Shown here in pieces: positions 25,701-36,661 of a stretch of 64,000 nt of DNA; position 1 is the first letter of the stretch, and each line of letters opens with the position of its first letter. Source of the DNA: Macrostomum hystrix (taxonomy: Eukaryota; Animalia; Platyhelminthes); the NCBI GenBank assembly GCA_950097015.1, contig CATNEN010000014.1:1674001-1738000 (forward strand), read 5' to 3'. Position numbers and translations under genes: made by a program. Below the pieces are notes generated by a model that ran no database searches, had not been told where the DNA came from, and saw nothing but the letters and a program-made list of their open reading frames with translations.

Positions 25701-26244
25701 TTTCAGAAGGATTACAGCACGAATACTATAAAATTTCAGAAGGATTACAGTACGAATACTATAAAATTTCAGAAGGATTACAGTACGAATACTATAAAAT
25801 TTCAGAAGGATTACAGTACGAATACCATAAAATTTCAGAAGGATTACAGTACGAATACCATAAAATTTCAGAAGGATTACAGTACGAATACCATAAAATT
25901 TCAGAAGGATTACAGTACGATTACTATAGGGTTAATTTTCAGTAGGATTACTATAGTAATGCTGAAATAGGATTTCTGTACGATTACCTAAATATTTCAG
26001 TAGGATTTCAGGATTTCGAAGAAGCTTCTGCCTTCCAATACAGACTTTACAGAACCTATGCAGTAAAGTTCAACTCAACCTGAATGACCTGCTCCTCAAC
26101 GTCCGGATTGCTGATCTGCTGACCCTCAGCCGCGGGGGGGAGTTTCAGGTGAAGTTCGAGCTCAGCTACGAAATAATTGTCAGTCAGGAAGCAGCTGCAG
26201 AATTTGAATTGGCGCGCAGACTGCCCCGACATGCTGAGCGCCAT
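22708..26244 (-). CDS. OGFOD2: 2-oxoglutarate/Fe(II)-dependent oxygenase domain-containing protein 2, 4 exons
   Basis: Exons 26244-26080 (FCSCFLTDNYFVAELELHL), 25447-25220, 23718-23593 and 23352-22708 (FSLPVFTESFC, GRPNTMN, LDSHRAF, GYHYDNSEATLNVCL HxD motif, MHGVRPL, RQNLILWLRAS, CPRC), all phase 0. Confidence 0.92.
23395..23570. repeat. 22-bp intronic minisatellite (OGFOD2 intron 3)
   Basis: Unit gttgagtagggactggctgatg. Confidence 0.9.
23928..25180. repeat. 22-bp minisatellite followed by a related 21-bp array (OGFOD2 intron 2)
   Basis: Unit tagagacatcagaaggctggat to about 25075, then ggattagagtattcagggagc. Confidence 0.96.
25545..25935. repeat. 33-bp intronic minisatellite (OGFOD2 intron 1)
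   Basis: Unit atttcagaaggattacagtacgaatactataaa with degenerate edges. Confidence 0.92.
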
Positions 26245-26359
26245 GACACTGGCAAAGGCTGAAATGGCAAATCAGCTGGTGTGTTGGATCTCTTTTTGTG
26301 GTGCACTTTTGTTCTGTACTTTTAGTGTGTTGATAATCTACTTTTTGTATGTTGCTAAT

Positions 26360-26850
26360 GCAGACTGGCAGTCTGCATCTAATCTACTGGCAGTCTGCAT
26401 CTAATCTACTGGCAGTCTGCATCTAATCTACTGGCAGTCTGCATCTAATCTACTGGCAGTCTGCATCTAATCTACTGGCAGTCTGCATCTAATCTACTGG
26501 CAGTCTGCATCTAATCTACTTGCAGTCTGCATCTAATCTACTGGCAGTCTGCATCTAATCTACTGGCAGTCTGCATCTAATCTACTGGCAGTCTGCATCT
26601 AATTTACTGGCAGTCTGCATCTAATCTACTGGCAGTCTGCATCTAATCTACTGGCAGTCTGCATCTAATCTACTGGCAGTCTGCATCTAATCTACTGGCA
26701 GTCTGCATCTAATTTACTGGCAGTCTGCATCTAATCTACTGGCAGTCTGCATCTAATCTACTGGCAGTCTGCATCTAATCTACTGGCAGTCTGCATCTAA
26801 TCTACTGGCAGTCTGCATCTAATCTACTGGCAGTCTGCATCTAATTTACT
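26360..26850. repeat. 22-bp minisatellite upstream of OGFOD2
   Basis: Unit ctggcagtctgcatctaatcta. Confidence 0.96.
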
Positions 26851-27072
26851 TGCACATGGAAAGTGGAAAACACATCCCTAAGCGAATTTACAGAATCACG
26901 CGCTTGTTTAAAAATTTAGAAAATGAAAAAAAACAATCGAAAAAGCCTTCACAGCACGGCTAAAAATAATAAACTGACCGGAATTAAGGAAAAATATAAA
27001 GTAAGCACTTGTACACTTGAAAACATTATAGATTTTTGCGAAGTAAAATTTGCTAAAACTTTAATTCTCTAT

Positions 27073-28260
27073 TCAATCTCCAACTTTTAACAGTTTACTG
27101 TGAAACTGTTCAACCCCGGAAAAGTAAGGGAAGGGGTTTGTAAGCTGTTGAAAGTCAGGTGGCTGGAGTGAGGTGGCTGTCGGGAAGGATTTGGAACGTG
27201 TCGGGAGTGAGGTGGCTGTCGGGAAGGGTTTGGAACGTGTCGGGAGTGAGGTGGCTGTCGGGAAGGGTTTGGAAGGTGTCGGGAGTGAGGTGGCTGTCGG
27301 GAAGGGTTTGGAAGGTGTCGGGAGTGAGGTAGCTGTCGGGAAGGGTTTGGAAGGTGTCAGGAAGCTGAACTGCAGCCAGCTGACTGAGTAGGGCAGATTC
27401 AGCATCAGGTACTGCAGCGACAGCATCACCATGGTTGCCTTCACTTCGGCTTCGACGTACGGGCCCTTGACTGCGGGTGCGGCTTGGGCGTGACACGGCT
27501 GCTGCTGCTGCTGCTGGCGCCGCAGGCGATTAATCCGGTAGCGGATGACGGCTAGCAGGTTGCCGCTCAGAATGAGCAGGGTGGGCACCGTGTAGTTTAC
27601 GAAGATCATCTGGTAGGAGGCCTGGATGAAGCTCGCAGACTCTGAGGTGCTTGGGTAGCAGCCGGCCAAGCTTCTGTTAACAAAGCGCGGCCGGATGTCG
27701 AACGCAACGAAGGTCTACGTACGGCCAGGGTCAGGGTGGCGGCGGCGGCCAGGGTCACGCAGGCCAGTATGCCAAGTCGTCGGCAGGCGGTGAAGATGCT
27801 CAGGAGGCGCATGGGGAACAGCAGGCAGGCGGCTCGCTCAAAGGACAGCACCGCCTCGGAGAAGCGCTGACGCTGATAAACATCTGCTGCAGGTAGCGCA
27901 GGGCCTTGCAGCCGGCCAGGCTGACGGTGAAAAGGTCGAAGCCCGGCTCGCCCATCTGCTGCAGCGACTCGCCAGCCCAGAACAGAATGCACAGGAAGCA
28001 GACGCAGAAGAGGTCGCTGACGGACAGCACGATGAAGTACAGGCAGGAGGGCGGGAACTTGGCCCGGTAGACAGTGAACCGCGACTTGTTGGCGGCGCTG
28101 ATAACACCGCTAGACAGGATTATGTAATAGAAGAGTACGTGCAAAAATTCCACACGCCAGGCAGGCTGGGACCTCCGGCAGTATCGCTGCCGCCCTCACT
28201 GCCGTGGACCGAAGCTGCCGTTGTGGGGACAGCAACTTCCATGGCTTTGTCGGCCATGGC
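27073..28260 (-). pseudogene. Rhodopsin-like (class A) GPCR, frameshifted and lacking a visible TM7
   Basis: Segments lie in different frames: MADKAMEV...; FYYIILSSGV...LYFIVLSVSDLF...GCKALRYL; VLSFERAACLLFPMR (TM3 ER motif); CYP...IFVNYTVPTLLILSGN (TM5); ATMVMLSLQYLMLNLPYSV (TM6), then a 39-bp repeat. About 3 frameshifts (near 28160, 27870, 27715). Confidence 0.7.
27165..27360. repeat. 39-bp minisatellite after GPCR TM6
   Basis: Unit gtcgggaagggtttggaa(c/g)gtgtcgggagtgaggtggct, about 5 copies. Confidence 0.92.
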
Positions 28261-28427
28261 GTTTTTCTCTGAATCTGAGGCTTGATCTGGGGATTTCTGC
28301 TGCACTGCCGTGCCCGCAGTGCAGTTGATTGGGAAAACACAGGTAACTGCTATGGGGGGGACAAGTCACCTAGCGGGGGTTTCAGGGCCGTGAAAGCAAT
28401 TAAGGCTTCATCGGAAGCCCGCGGCAG

Positions 28428-28500
28428 CGGGGTGAGTGGCCGAGCGGTCTAACGCGTTTGCCTCTCGCGCCAATGTCCTTGATTCCGCGGCGAGGCCACA
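28428..28500 (+). other. Degenerate tRNA-like or SINE head
   Basis: gtggccgagcggtctaa resembles the D-arm/A box of Leu/Ser tRNAs. The B box is degenerate (ccttgattcc) and no intact cloverleaf is visible. Confidence 0.35.
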
Positions 28501-29075
28501 TTTGTGCAATTTACGCCCTTGAGGGCCAACCTCCAAGGCACAGTGAGAGTGCACACTGCCTGACGATGAGAAAGTCAGAGCATATGTACACAGCTGTGTG
28601 AATTTGTGTCTGCGTACAGTATCTGTGTGCGTGTGTGCTCAGGAGTCAGCGTAATGGGCAGAATCACCTCCACGCTGGCAACGGGTCTAGTGTCACCGAG
28701 TGCCATTGCCCGCAGCCCTCACGAATCTACAATTAGCCCCGCGGCAGTCCTTAAAAAACCCCACAAAGCAAAAAAATGTAATTGAGCTCCTAGATGAAAA
28801 GCCAGTTTAATTAGCAGAGCAGATAGGTAACCTGTGGCGATTGCCATGAACAGAAGTACAAGCGATTCATACAGCTAAACATCAATATAGTTAATCAAAG
28901 ATCCTCAAAACGAGTCGAAAGGGATTAAAAATCGCATTTTAGACATAAGCAACTCACGAAGTATGATTTAGACCACCAAAATCAGATCAGTTTGGGTAAT
29001 AAAACAAATACAACCTACGCAAAATTGTACTTATGTGAGTGCTACACGACTCGGGTGTACTGCTCAACTCGCTGC

Positions 29076-32000
29076 CTAGTCGGCGATGGGGCCCAGGAGG
29101 GGCGCGGTCTGCACCAGCGCCTTGCAGATGACGGTGCGGCCCTGGCGCAGCACGGGCCAAAGGCAGCACGCCACCGGCCTGCCGACGCCCAGGCCGAGTT
29201 CGCAGCGGTGCAGCTCCTGGCGAAACGGCGCGCCCTCCTCCGCCGGCGCCAGGCTGATGCGGCCCAGGTTGGAGCACACGGCCCGCCAGCACCAGGCCGA
29301 GCAGGAGTTCAGGAAAGCCGCGGCGCTGGCCGGCAGCGGCTGGCGGAAGGCCGGGTGCTGCGCCGGGTCCACCAGGCTGTCCCACGGCAGCTGGCAGAGG
29401 CCGCTGGCCTGGCTGAGCAGCCGCCCGGCCGAGGCGCGGATCGCCTTGCCCTCCTCCGTTGGCAGCTTCAGGCGGGCCCGCAAAACCTTTTAAATAGTGG
29501 GAGATCGCGAAAGGCTGTAAGCCTACTGACAGTAGACTGTAGCGCATTTTTAATCCTAAATAAATCCACAGAAACTTTACTAAAATCGCCAAGAAACATT
29601 CTGGCGTTTCCAACGGATCCAAGATGAATCCCCAGTAGCTCCCTTTGAATCCCAAACTAATCCCCAGTAGCTCCCTTTGAATCCCAAACTAATCCCCAGC
29701 TACTCACTTTGAATCCCAAACTAATCCCCAGCTACTCACTTTGAATCCCAAACTAATCCCCAGCTACTCATTTTGAATCCCAAACTAATCCCCAGCTACT
29801 CATTTTGAATCCCAAACTAATCCCCAGCTACTCACTTTGAATCCCAAACTAATCCCCAGCTACTCACTTTGAATCCCAAACTAATCCCCAGCTACTCACT
29901 TTGAATCCCAAACTAATCCCCAGTAGCTCCCTTTGAATCCCAAACTAATCCCCAGTAGCTCCCTTTGAATCCCAAACTAATCCCCAGCTACTCACTTTGA
30001 ATCCCAAACTAATCCCCAGCTACTCACTTTGAATCCCAAACTAATCCCCAGCTACTCATTTTGAATCCCAAACTAATCCCCAGCTACTCATTTTGAATCC
30101 CAAACTAATCCCCAGCTACTCACTTTGAATCCCAAACTAATCCCCAGCTACTCATTTTGAATCCCAAACTAATCCCCAGCTACTCATTTTGAATCCCAAA
30201 CTAATCCCCAGCTACTCATTTTGAATCCCAAACTAATCCCCAGCTACTCACTTTGAATCCCAAACTAATCCCCAGCTGCTCACTTTGAATCCCAAACTAA
30301 TCCCCACCTACTCATTTTGAATCCCAAACCAATCCCCAGCTGCTCACTTTGAATCCCAAACTAATCCCCAGCTACTCACTTTGAATCCCAAACTAATCCC
30401 CAGCTACTCACTTTGAATCCCAAACTAATCCCCAGCTACTCACTTTGAATCCCAAACTAATCCCCAGCTACTCACTTTGAATCCCAAACTAATCCCCAGC
30501 TACTCACTTTGAATCCCAAACTAATCCCCAGCTACTCACTTTGAATCCCAAACTAATCCCCAGCTACTCACTTTGAATCCCAAACTAATCCCCAGCTACT
30601 CACTTTGAATCCCAAACTAATCCCCCAGCTACTCACTTTGAATCCCAAACTAATCCCCAGCTACTCACTTTGAATCCCAAACTAATCCCCAGTAGCTCCC
30701 TTTGAATCCCAAACTAATCCCCAGCTACTCACTTTGAATCCCAAACTAATCCCCAGCTACTCACTTTGAATCCCAAACTAATCCCCAGCTACTCACTTTG
30801 AATCCTAAACTAATCCCCAGCTACTCACTTTGAATCCCAAACTAATCCCCAGCTACTCACTTTGAATCCCAAACTAATCCCCAGCTACTCACTTTGAATC
30901 CTAAACTAATCCCCAGCTACTCACTTTGAATCCCAAACTAATCCCCAGCTACTCACTTTGAATCCCAAACTAATCCCCAGCTACTCATTTTGAATCCCAA
31001 ACTAATCCCCAGCTACTCATTTTGAATCCCAAACTAATCCCCAGCTACTCATTTTGAATCCCAAACTAATCCCCAGCTACTCACTTTGAATCCCAAACTA
31101 ATCCCCAGCTGCTCACTTTGAATCCCAAACTAATCCCCACCTACTCATTTTGAATCCCAAACCAATCCCCAGCTGCTCACTTTGAATCCCAAACTAATCC
31201 CCAGCTACTCACTTTGAATCCCAAACTAATCCCCAGCTACTCACTTTGAATCCCAAACTAATCCCCAGCTACTCACTTTGAATCCCAAACTAATCCCCAG
31301 CTACTCACTTTGAATCCCAAACTAATCCCCAGCTACTCACTTTGAATCCCAAACTAATCCCCAGCTACTCACTTTGAATCCCAAACTAATCCCCAGCTAC
31401 TCACTTTGAATCCCAAACTAATCCCCAGCTACTCACTTTGAATCCCAAACTAATCCCCCAGCTACTCACTTTGAATCCCAAACTAATCCCCAGCTACTCA
31501 CTTTGAATCCCAAACTAATCCCCAGTAGCTCCCTTTGAATCCCAAACTAATCCCCAGCTACTCACTTTGAATCCCAAACTAATCCCCAGCTACTCACTTT
31601 GAATCCCAAACTAATCCCCAGCTACTCACTTTGAATCCTAAACTAATCCCCAGCTACTCACTTTGAATCCCAAACTAATCCCCAGCTACTCACTTTGAAT
31701 CCCAAACTAATCCCCAGCTACTCACTTTGAATCCTAAACTAATCCCCAGCTACTCACTTTGAATCCCAAACTAATCCCCAGCTACTCACTTTGAATCCCA
31801 AACTAATCCCCAGCTACTCACTTTGAATCCCAAACTAATCCCCAGCTACTCACTTTGAATCCCAAACTAATCCCCAGCTACTCATTTTGAATCCCAAACT
31901 AATCCCCAGCTACTCATTTTGAATCCCAAACTAATCCCCAGCTACTCACTTTGAATCCCAAACTAATCCCTAGCTACTCACTTTGATTCCCAAACTAATC

Positions 32001-34035
32001 CCCAGCTGCTCACTTTGAATCCCAAACTAATCCCCAGCTACTCACTTTGAATCCACAGCTGCCCCCTTTAGAATCCTAGACAATTCCCCGACTGCTAACT
32101 TTGAATCCTGAAAACTCCGAGGCAACGTTGTTCCCGAAAGAGCTCACGGGCTTCTCAAAAATAGTTACGGAATTATTGCTATGCGGACGAGCAATTAGAC
32201 CGTAGATAATTAAATGTTAAATGTTTCATGCGCAACAAGTTAATGGCTCCACTCCTGCAAAAATAGCCGAAATGGGAAAGCGTTAGCCGTAATCTTAGCC
32301 TGAAGACGACAAGCCCTCAAACTTCACAACTTAACAGGCATTCTTTTGATCTCATTTGCAAGGCCCAGTGCAACTACTGGCTCTGGCCGCCTTTATCTCT
32401 GTTTACAAGCGGCATTCGCTGCAAAATACAGAATAGCAACAAAGCTTAAGAAAATTGCGCAGAAAAAATGCACGAGAACTTATGACTGCAGTTCAAGAAA
32501 CTAAACTAGCAGATATAGTGACACAGAGTCTAACAGGTGACCCTTGAGTATAACAGGTAACTTTCCAGTCTAACAGGTAACCTTTCAGTCTAACAGGTGA
32601 CTCTACAGTCTTACAGGTGACCCTCCAGTCTTACAGGTGACCCTCCAGTCTAACAGGTGACCCTCCAGTCTTACAGGTGACCCTCTAGTCTAACAGGTGA
32701 CCCTCCAGTCTAACAGGTGACCCTCTAGTCTAACAGGTGACCCTACAGTCTAACAGGTGACCCTCCAGCCTAACAGGTGACTCTACAGTCTAACAGGTGA
32801 CCCACCAGTCTAACAGGTGACCCTACTGTCTAACAGGTGACCCTCCAGTCTTACAGGTGACCCTCCAGTCTAACAGGTGACCCTCCAGCCTAACAGGTGA
32901 CTCTACAGTCTAACAGGTGACCCACCAGTCTAACAGGTGACCCTACTGTCTAACAGATGACACCTCAGTCTAACAGGTAGCTATTCCTCCGCAGAACAGG
33001 TGTCCCACACGCACCTGCATGCCAACGGCATCGGTGGGGCTAGTGACAATCTCGACGAGTTCATCTAGGCGCCGCCTGTGCAGGCTCTCGGCGGCCTCAA
33101 GCATGGCGGCCATCAGCCGGTGGACGGCGCGGCACGCCTGCACGCTGTCGGCGAACATCCCGCGCCGGCTGAGCAGCTCCTGGCGGGTGTGCTCAACAAA
33201 CTGTCGCTCCAGCTGCAGGTAGGCCCTGACCAGGTCGGCCAGTAGGCCGCTAGGCGAGCTGCCCGACTCCGGCGATGCATCCGCGGCGACATCGGCGGGC
33301 GAGGCCAGGCGGGGCGGCCTGCGCTGCAGCTCCTGCTGAATGCAGCTGGCCAGCTCCTTTAGAGATCAGCGGGGCGGCAATTTGGCCCGGATGAAGGACA
33401 AAGAGCTAGCAACAGATGTGCTCAGAGACCACTTTTGATTTATTTACCTGCGAGACCACTCGGCGTTGCCTGGGGTTGTCCAGGTGATCGATGGAGGCCA
33501 CGCGGCGCACCACGTTGAGGTTGCTGCGCATCAGCTGGCGCTCCTCCCGCAGGCTGTCTATGGTCTTGGCCTGGTCCAGCAGGTCGCAAGCGGCCTCGAA
33601 CACCACGAACCTGGCCCGGTCGTCCAGCTCACTGAAGTCCAGCTGCTTCAGCAGGCTGTACTTCGGCTTCTTCTCAATGAGCTGGTTCAGCACCAGCTGC
33701 ACATCGGCGGTCATTGTGGAGCTGCCGCCGCCCGCCGGTCCGGCGACGCTGCCGGGCCTCTCGGGCCTGTCCACGGACACCGGGCCAATGGAGTGCCTCG
33801 CGCCGGCGGGCCCTGCCACCAGAGACGGCACTGCGATGCTCTGGGGCCGCGGCTGCAGTTTGGGCGAGGACTGCGGCTGTGGCTGCTGTTTCGGCTGCAC
33901 CAGCTGGTTGGCGTCTCCGCCGGGCAAGGAGCGCCTGTGATCAGCCAGGTGAGCAGGCGGATGCCCATTGTATGGGTCCAGGCTGCCTGAGATCTGCACC
34001 TTGTGCTTGGACTTGGACGAATGATTGGCGCCCAT
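29076..34035 (-). CDS. Protein with a C-terminal MIEAP/SPATA18-like domain and N-terminal MG myristoylation motif, 3 coding exons (~446 aa)
   Basis: Exons 34035-33448 (MGANHSSK...), 33356-33015 and 29486-29076, all phase 0 GT-AG. The C-terminus AWCWRAVC...GAPFRQELH...VACCLWPVLRQGRTVICKALVQT resembles the MIEAP C-terminal pattern (W..., F...H, ...WP.L......KA.V.T) as recalled. Confidence 0.72.
29620..32060. repeat. 32-bp minisatellite of ~2.4 kb with an 833-bp higher-order duplication
   Basis: Unit ctactcactttgaatcccaaactaatccccag; rare variants recur exactly 833 bp apart. Confidence 0.97.
32530..32980. repeat. 20-bp intronic minisatellite
   Basis: Unit ggtgaccctccagtctaaca. Confidence 0.94.
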
Positions 34036-34461
34036 GCTACGGAGCAGAGCCGGGGATGCGGCTTCTCGGCCAAGAAATTCTGTAGGCAAGAAATCCAGAG
34101 AGGCGCCTGTCGGAAGTTGGTCCAACTGCTCAGCAGAGCCTGAGTAGCCCTAATATGAGCTGCAGCAGCGGGTCACACAGTTCACACTACAGGTTTTGAG
34201 ATCTCTACCTGGGCTCTACGTCCGAATCTCCGCAGCCATGCCGTATCGATCGCTCTCTGGCCGTAAAACACGAGAAGCTCGTAGAAAACGCCGCCAACCC
34301 CATCTCTCTCCACACCTTCAGCGCAGATGCGTCAGCCACCCCCGCCCACCGAAGATAAGATAAGCCACCTGCTCTGCGCTATCCATGAGCATTGAATTGA
34401 ATGTCAAAACAAATGTCCTAAGATTTCTGAGCGATTCAAATCAATGCACCACGCTTAGGCT

Positions 34462-35670
34462 AAACCTGGGGATCTGGATGAGAACTCAACCTGGGGATCT
34501 GGATGAGAACTCAACCTGGGGATCTGGGTGAGAACTCAACTTGAGGATCTGGGTGAGAACTCAACCTGGGGATCTGGGTGAGAACTCAACCTGAGGATCT
34601 GGGTGAGAACTCAACCTGAGGATCTGGGTGAGAACTCAACCTGGGGATCTGGGTGAGAACTCAACTTGAGGATCTGGGTGAGAACTCAACTTGAGGATCT
34701 GGGTGAGAACTCAACTTGAGGATCTGGGTGAGAACTCAACTTGAGGATCTGGGTGGGAACTCAACCTGAGGATCTGGGTGAGAACTCAACCTGAGGATCT
34801 GGGTGAGAACTCAACCTGGGGATCTGGGTGAGAACTCAACTTGAGGATCTGGGTGAGAACTCAACCTGAGGATCTGGGTGAGAACTCAACTTGAGGATCT
34901 GGGTGGGAACTCAACTTGAGGATCTGGGTGAGGACTCAACTTGAGGATCTGGGTGAGAACTCAACTTGAGGATCTGGGTGAGAACTCAACTTGAGGATAT
35001 GGGTGAGAACTCAACTTGAGGATCTGGGTGAGAACTCAACTTGAGGATCTGGGTGAGAACTCAACTTGAGGATCTGGGTGAGAACTCAACCTGAGGATAT
35101 GGGTGAGAACTCAACTTGAGGATCTGGGTGAGGACTCAACTTGAGGATCTGGGTGAGGACTCAACTTGAGGATATGGGTGAGAACTCAACTTGAGGATCT
35201 GGGTGAGGACTCAACTTGAGGATCTGGGTGAGGACTCAACTTGAGGATCTGGGTGAGAACTCAACTTGAGGATATGGGTGAGAACTCAACTTGAGGATCT
35301 GGGTGAGAACTCAACTTGAGGATCTGGGTGAGAACTCAACTTGAGGATCTGGGTGAGAACTCAACCTGAGGATCTGGGTGAGAACTCAACCTGAGGATAT
35401 GGGTGAGAACTCAACTTGAGGATATGGGTGAGAACTCAACCTGAGGATATGGGTGAGAACTCAACTTGAGGATCTGGGTGAGAACTCAACTTGAGGATCT
35501 GGGTGAGAACTCAACTTGAGGATATGGGTGAGAACTCAACTTGAGGATATGGGTGAGAACTCAACTTGAGGATCTGGGTGAGAACTCAACTTGAGGATCT
35601 GGGTGAGAACTCAACCTGAGGATCTGGGTGGGAACTCAACTCAACCTGAGGATCTGGGTGAGAACTAAGC
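34462..35670. repeat. 25-bp intergenic minisatellite
   Basis: Unit gatctgggtgagaactcaacttgag. Confidence 0.96.
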
Positions 35671-36089
35671 CTGGGGATTTGCAGCGGGTACTTTTGTCTC
35701 TGAGCAGTTGCGAAATGATGGACACCAGGCTCACGCCACACCAGTTTTATTGCAGCGCAAGATGTGGAACTGCAAAGCAGAAGATTGAAAAATGCAGACG
35801 GAGGCACAGGCATTTTTCGTGTATTTTTGAGTCACTCATTTGTCGAATCGGTTTCCACTGCTTAGTGTCAGTTTCTGACCACAAAATCTAAGTTTAAAGA
35901 TCATAAAACACGCTGGGCCAAGTAACTTGGGACTGGCAGCAAACGATAAATGCAAATTGACAGCGAGCAGATGAAATGGGTAGCGGCACAATGCTATCGG
36001 CTTTCCGGGATAAACCAGATTTAATCATCAGAAATGCGGAAAAATCGGGAATTAAAATGTGGGACTAATGTGGCGCGTAACTGTGACAG

Positions 36090-36500
36090 TGCTGGGATTT
36101 TCGGGATTTAGGAAATTCTGCAGAGGATTTTTCATAATTTGAGAACACTGCTGGGATTTTTTAGATTTAGGAATACTGCTGGGATTTTTTAGATTTAGGA
36201 ATACTGCTGGGATTTTTGGATTTGAGAATACTTCTGGGATTTTTGGGATTTGAGAATACTTCTGGGATTTTTGGGATTTGGGAATACTGCTGGGATTTTT
36301 TAGATTTAGGAATACTGCTGGGATTTTTGGGATTTAGCAATACTGCAGGGATTTTTTCATTTAAGAATACTGCTGGGATTTTTGGGATTTAGCAATACTG
36401 CTGGGATTTTTTTGGGATTTGGGAATACTGCTGGGATTTTTGGGATTTAGCAATAACTGCTGGGACTTTTGGGATTTAAGAATACTGCTGGGATTTCTTT
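36090..36500. repeat. ~28-bp degenerate minisatellite
   Basis: Unit ctgctgggattttt(t/g)(a/g)gatttaggaata. Confidence 0.88.
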
Positions 36501-36661
36501 GAGATTCGGGTAAAACAGCCCAGCATTTTTTGAGATTCAGAAAAAGCAGGTGGGAACTTTTTCGGATTCTAATAAAAAAACTGTGATTTGACATAAGATC
36601 GGAGAAAACTTTTGCTAATTTTGTATGGCATTCATAGAAAGCTGCAGGGAAATAATGCGAG

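Noticed and set aside
29620-35670. CRISPR-like appearance of 25-34-bp repeats
   Set aside because: Units are head-to-tail with no unique spacers, there are no cas genes, and the context is eukaryotic.
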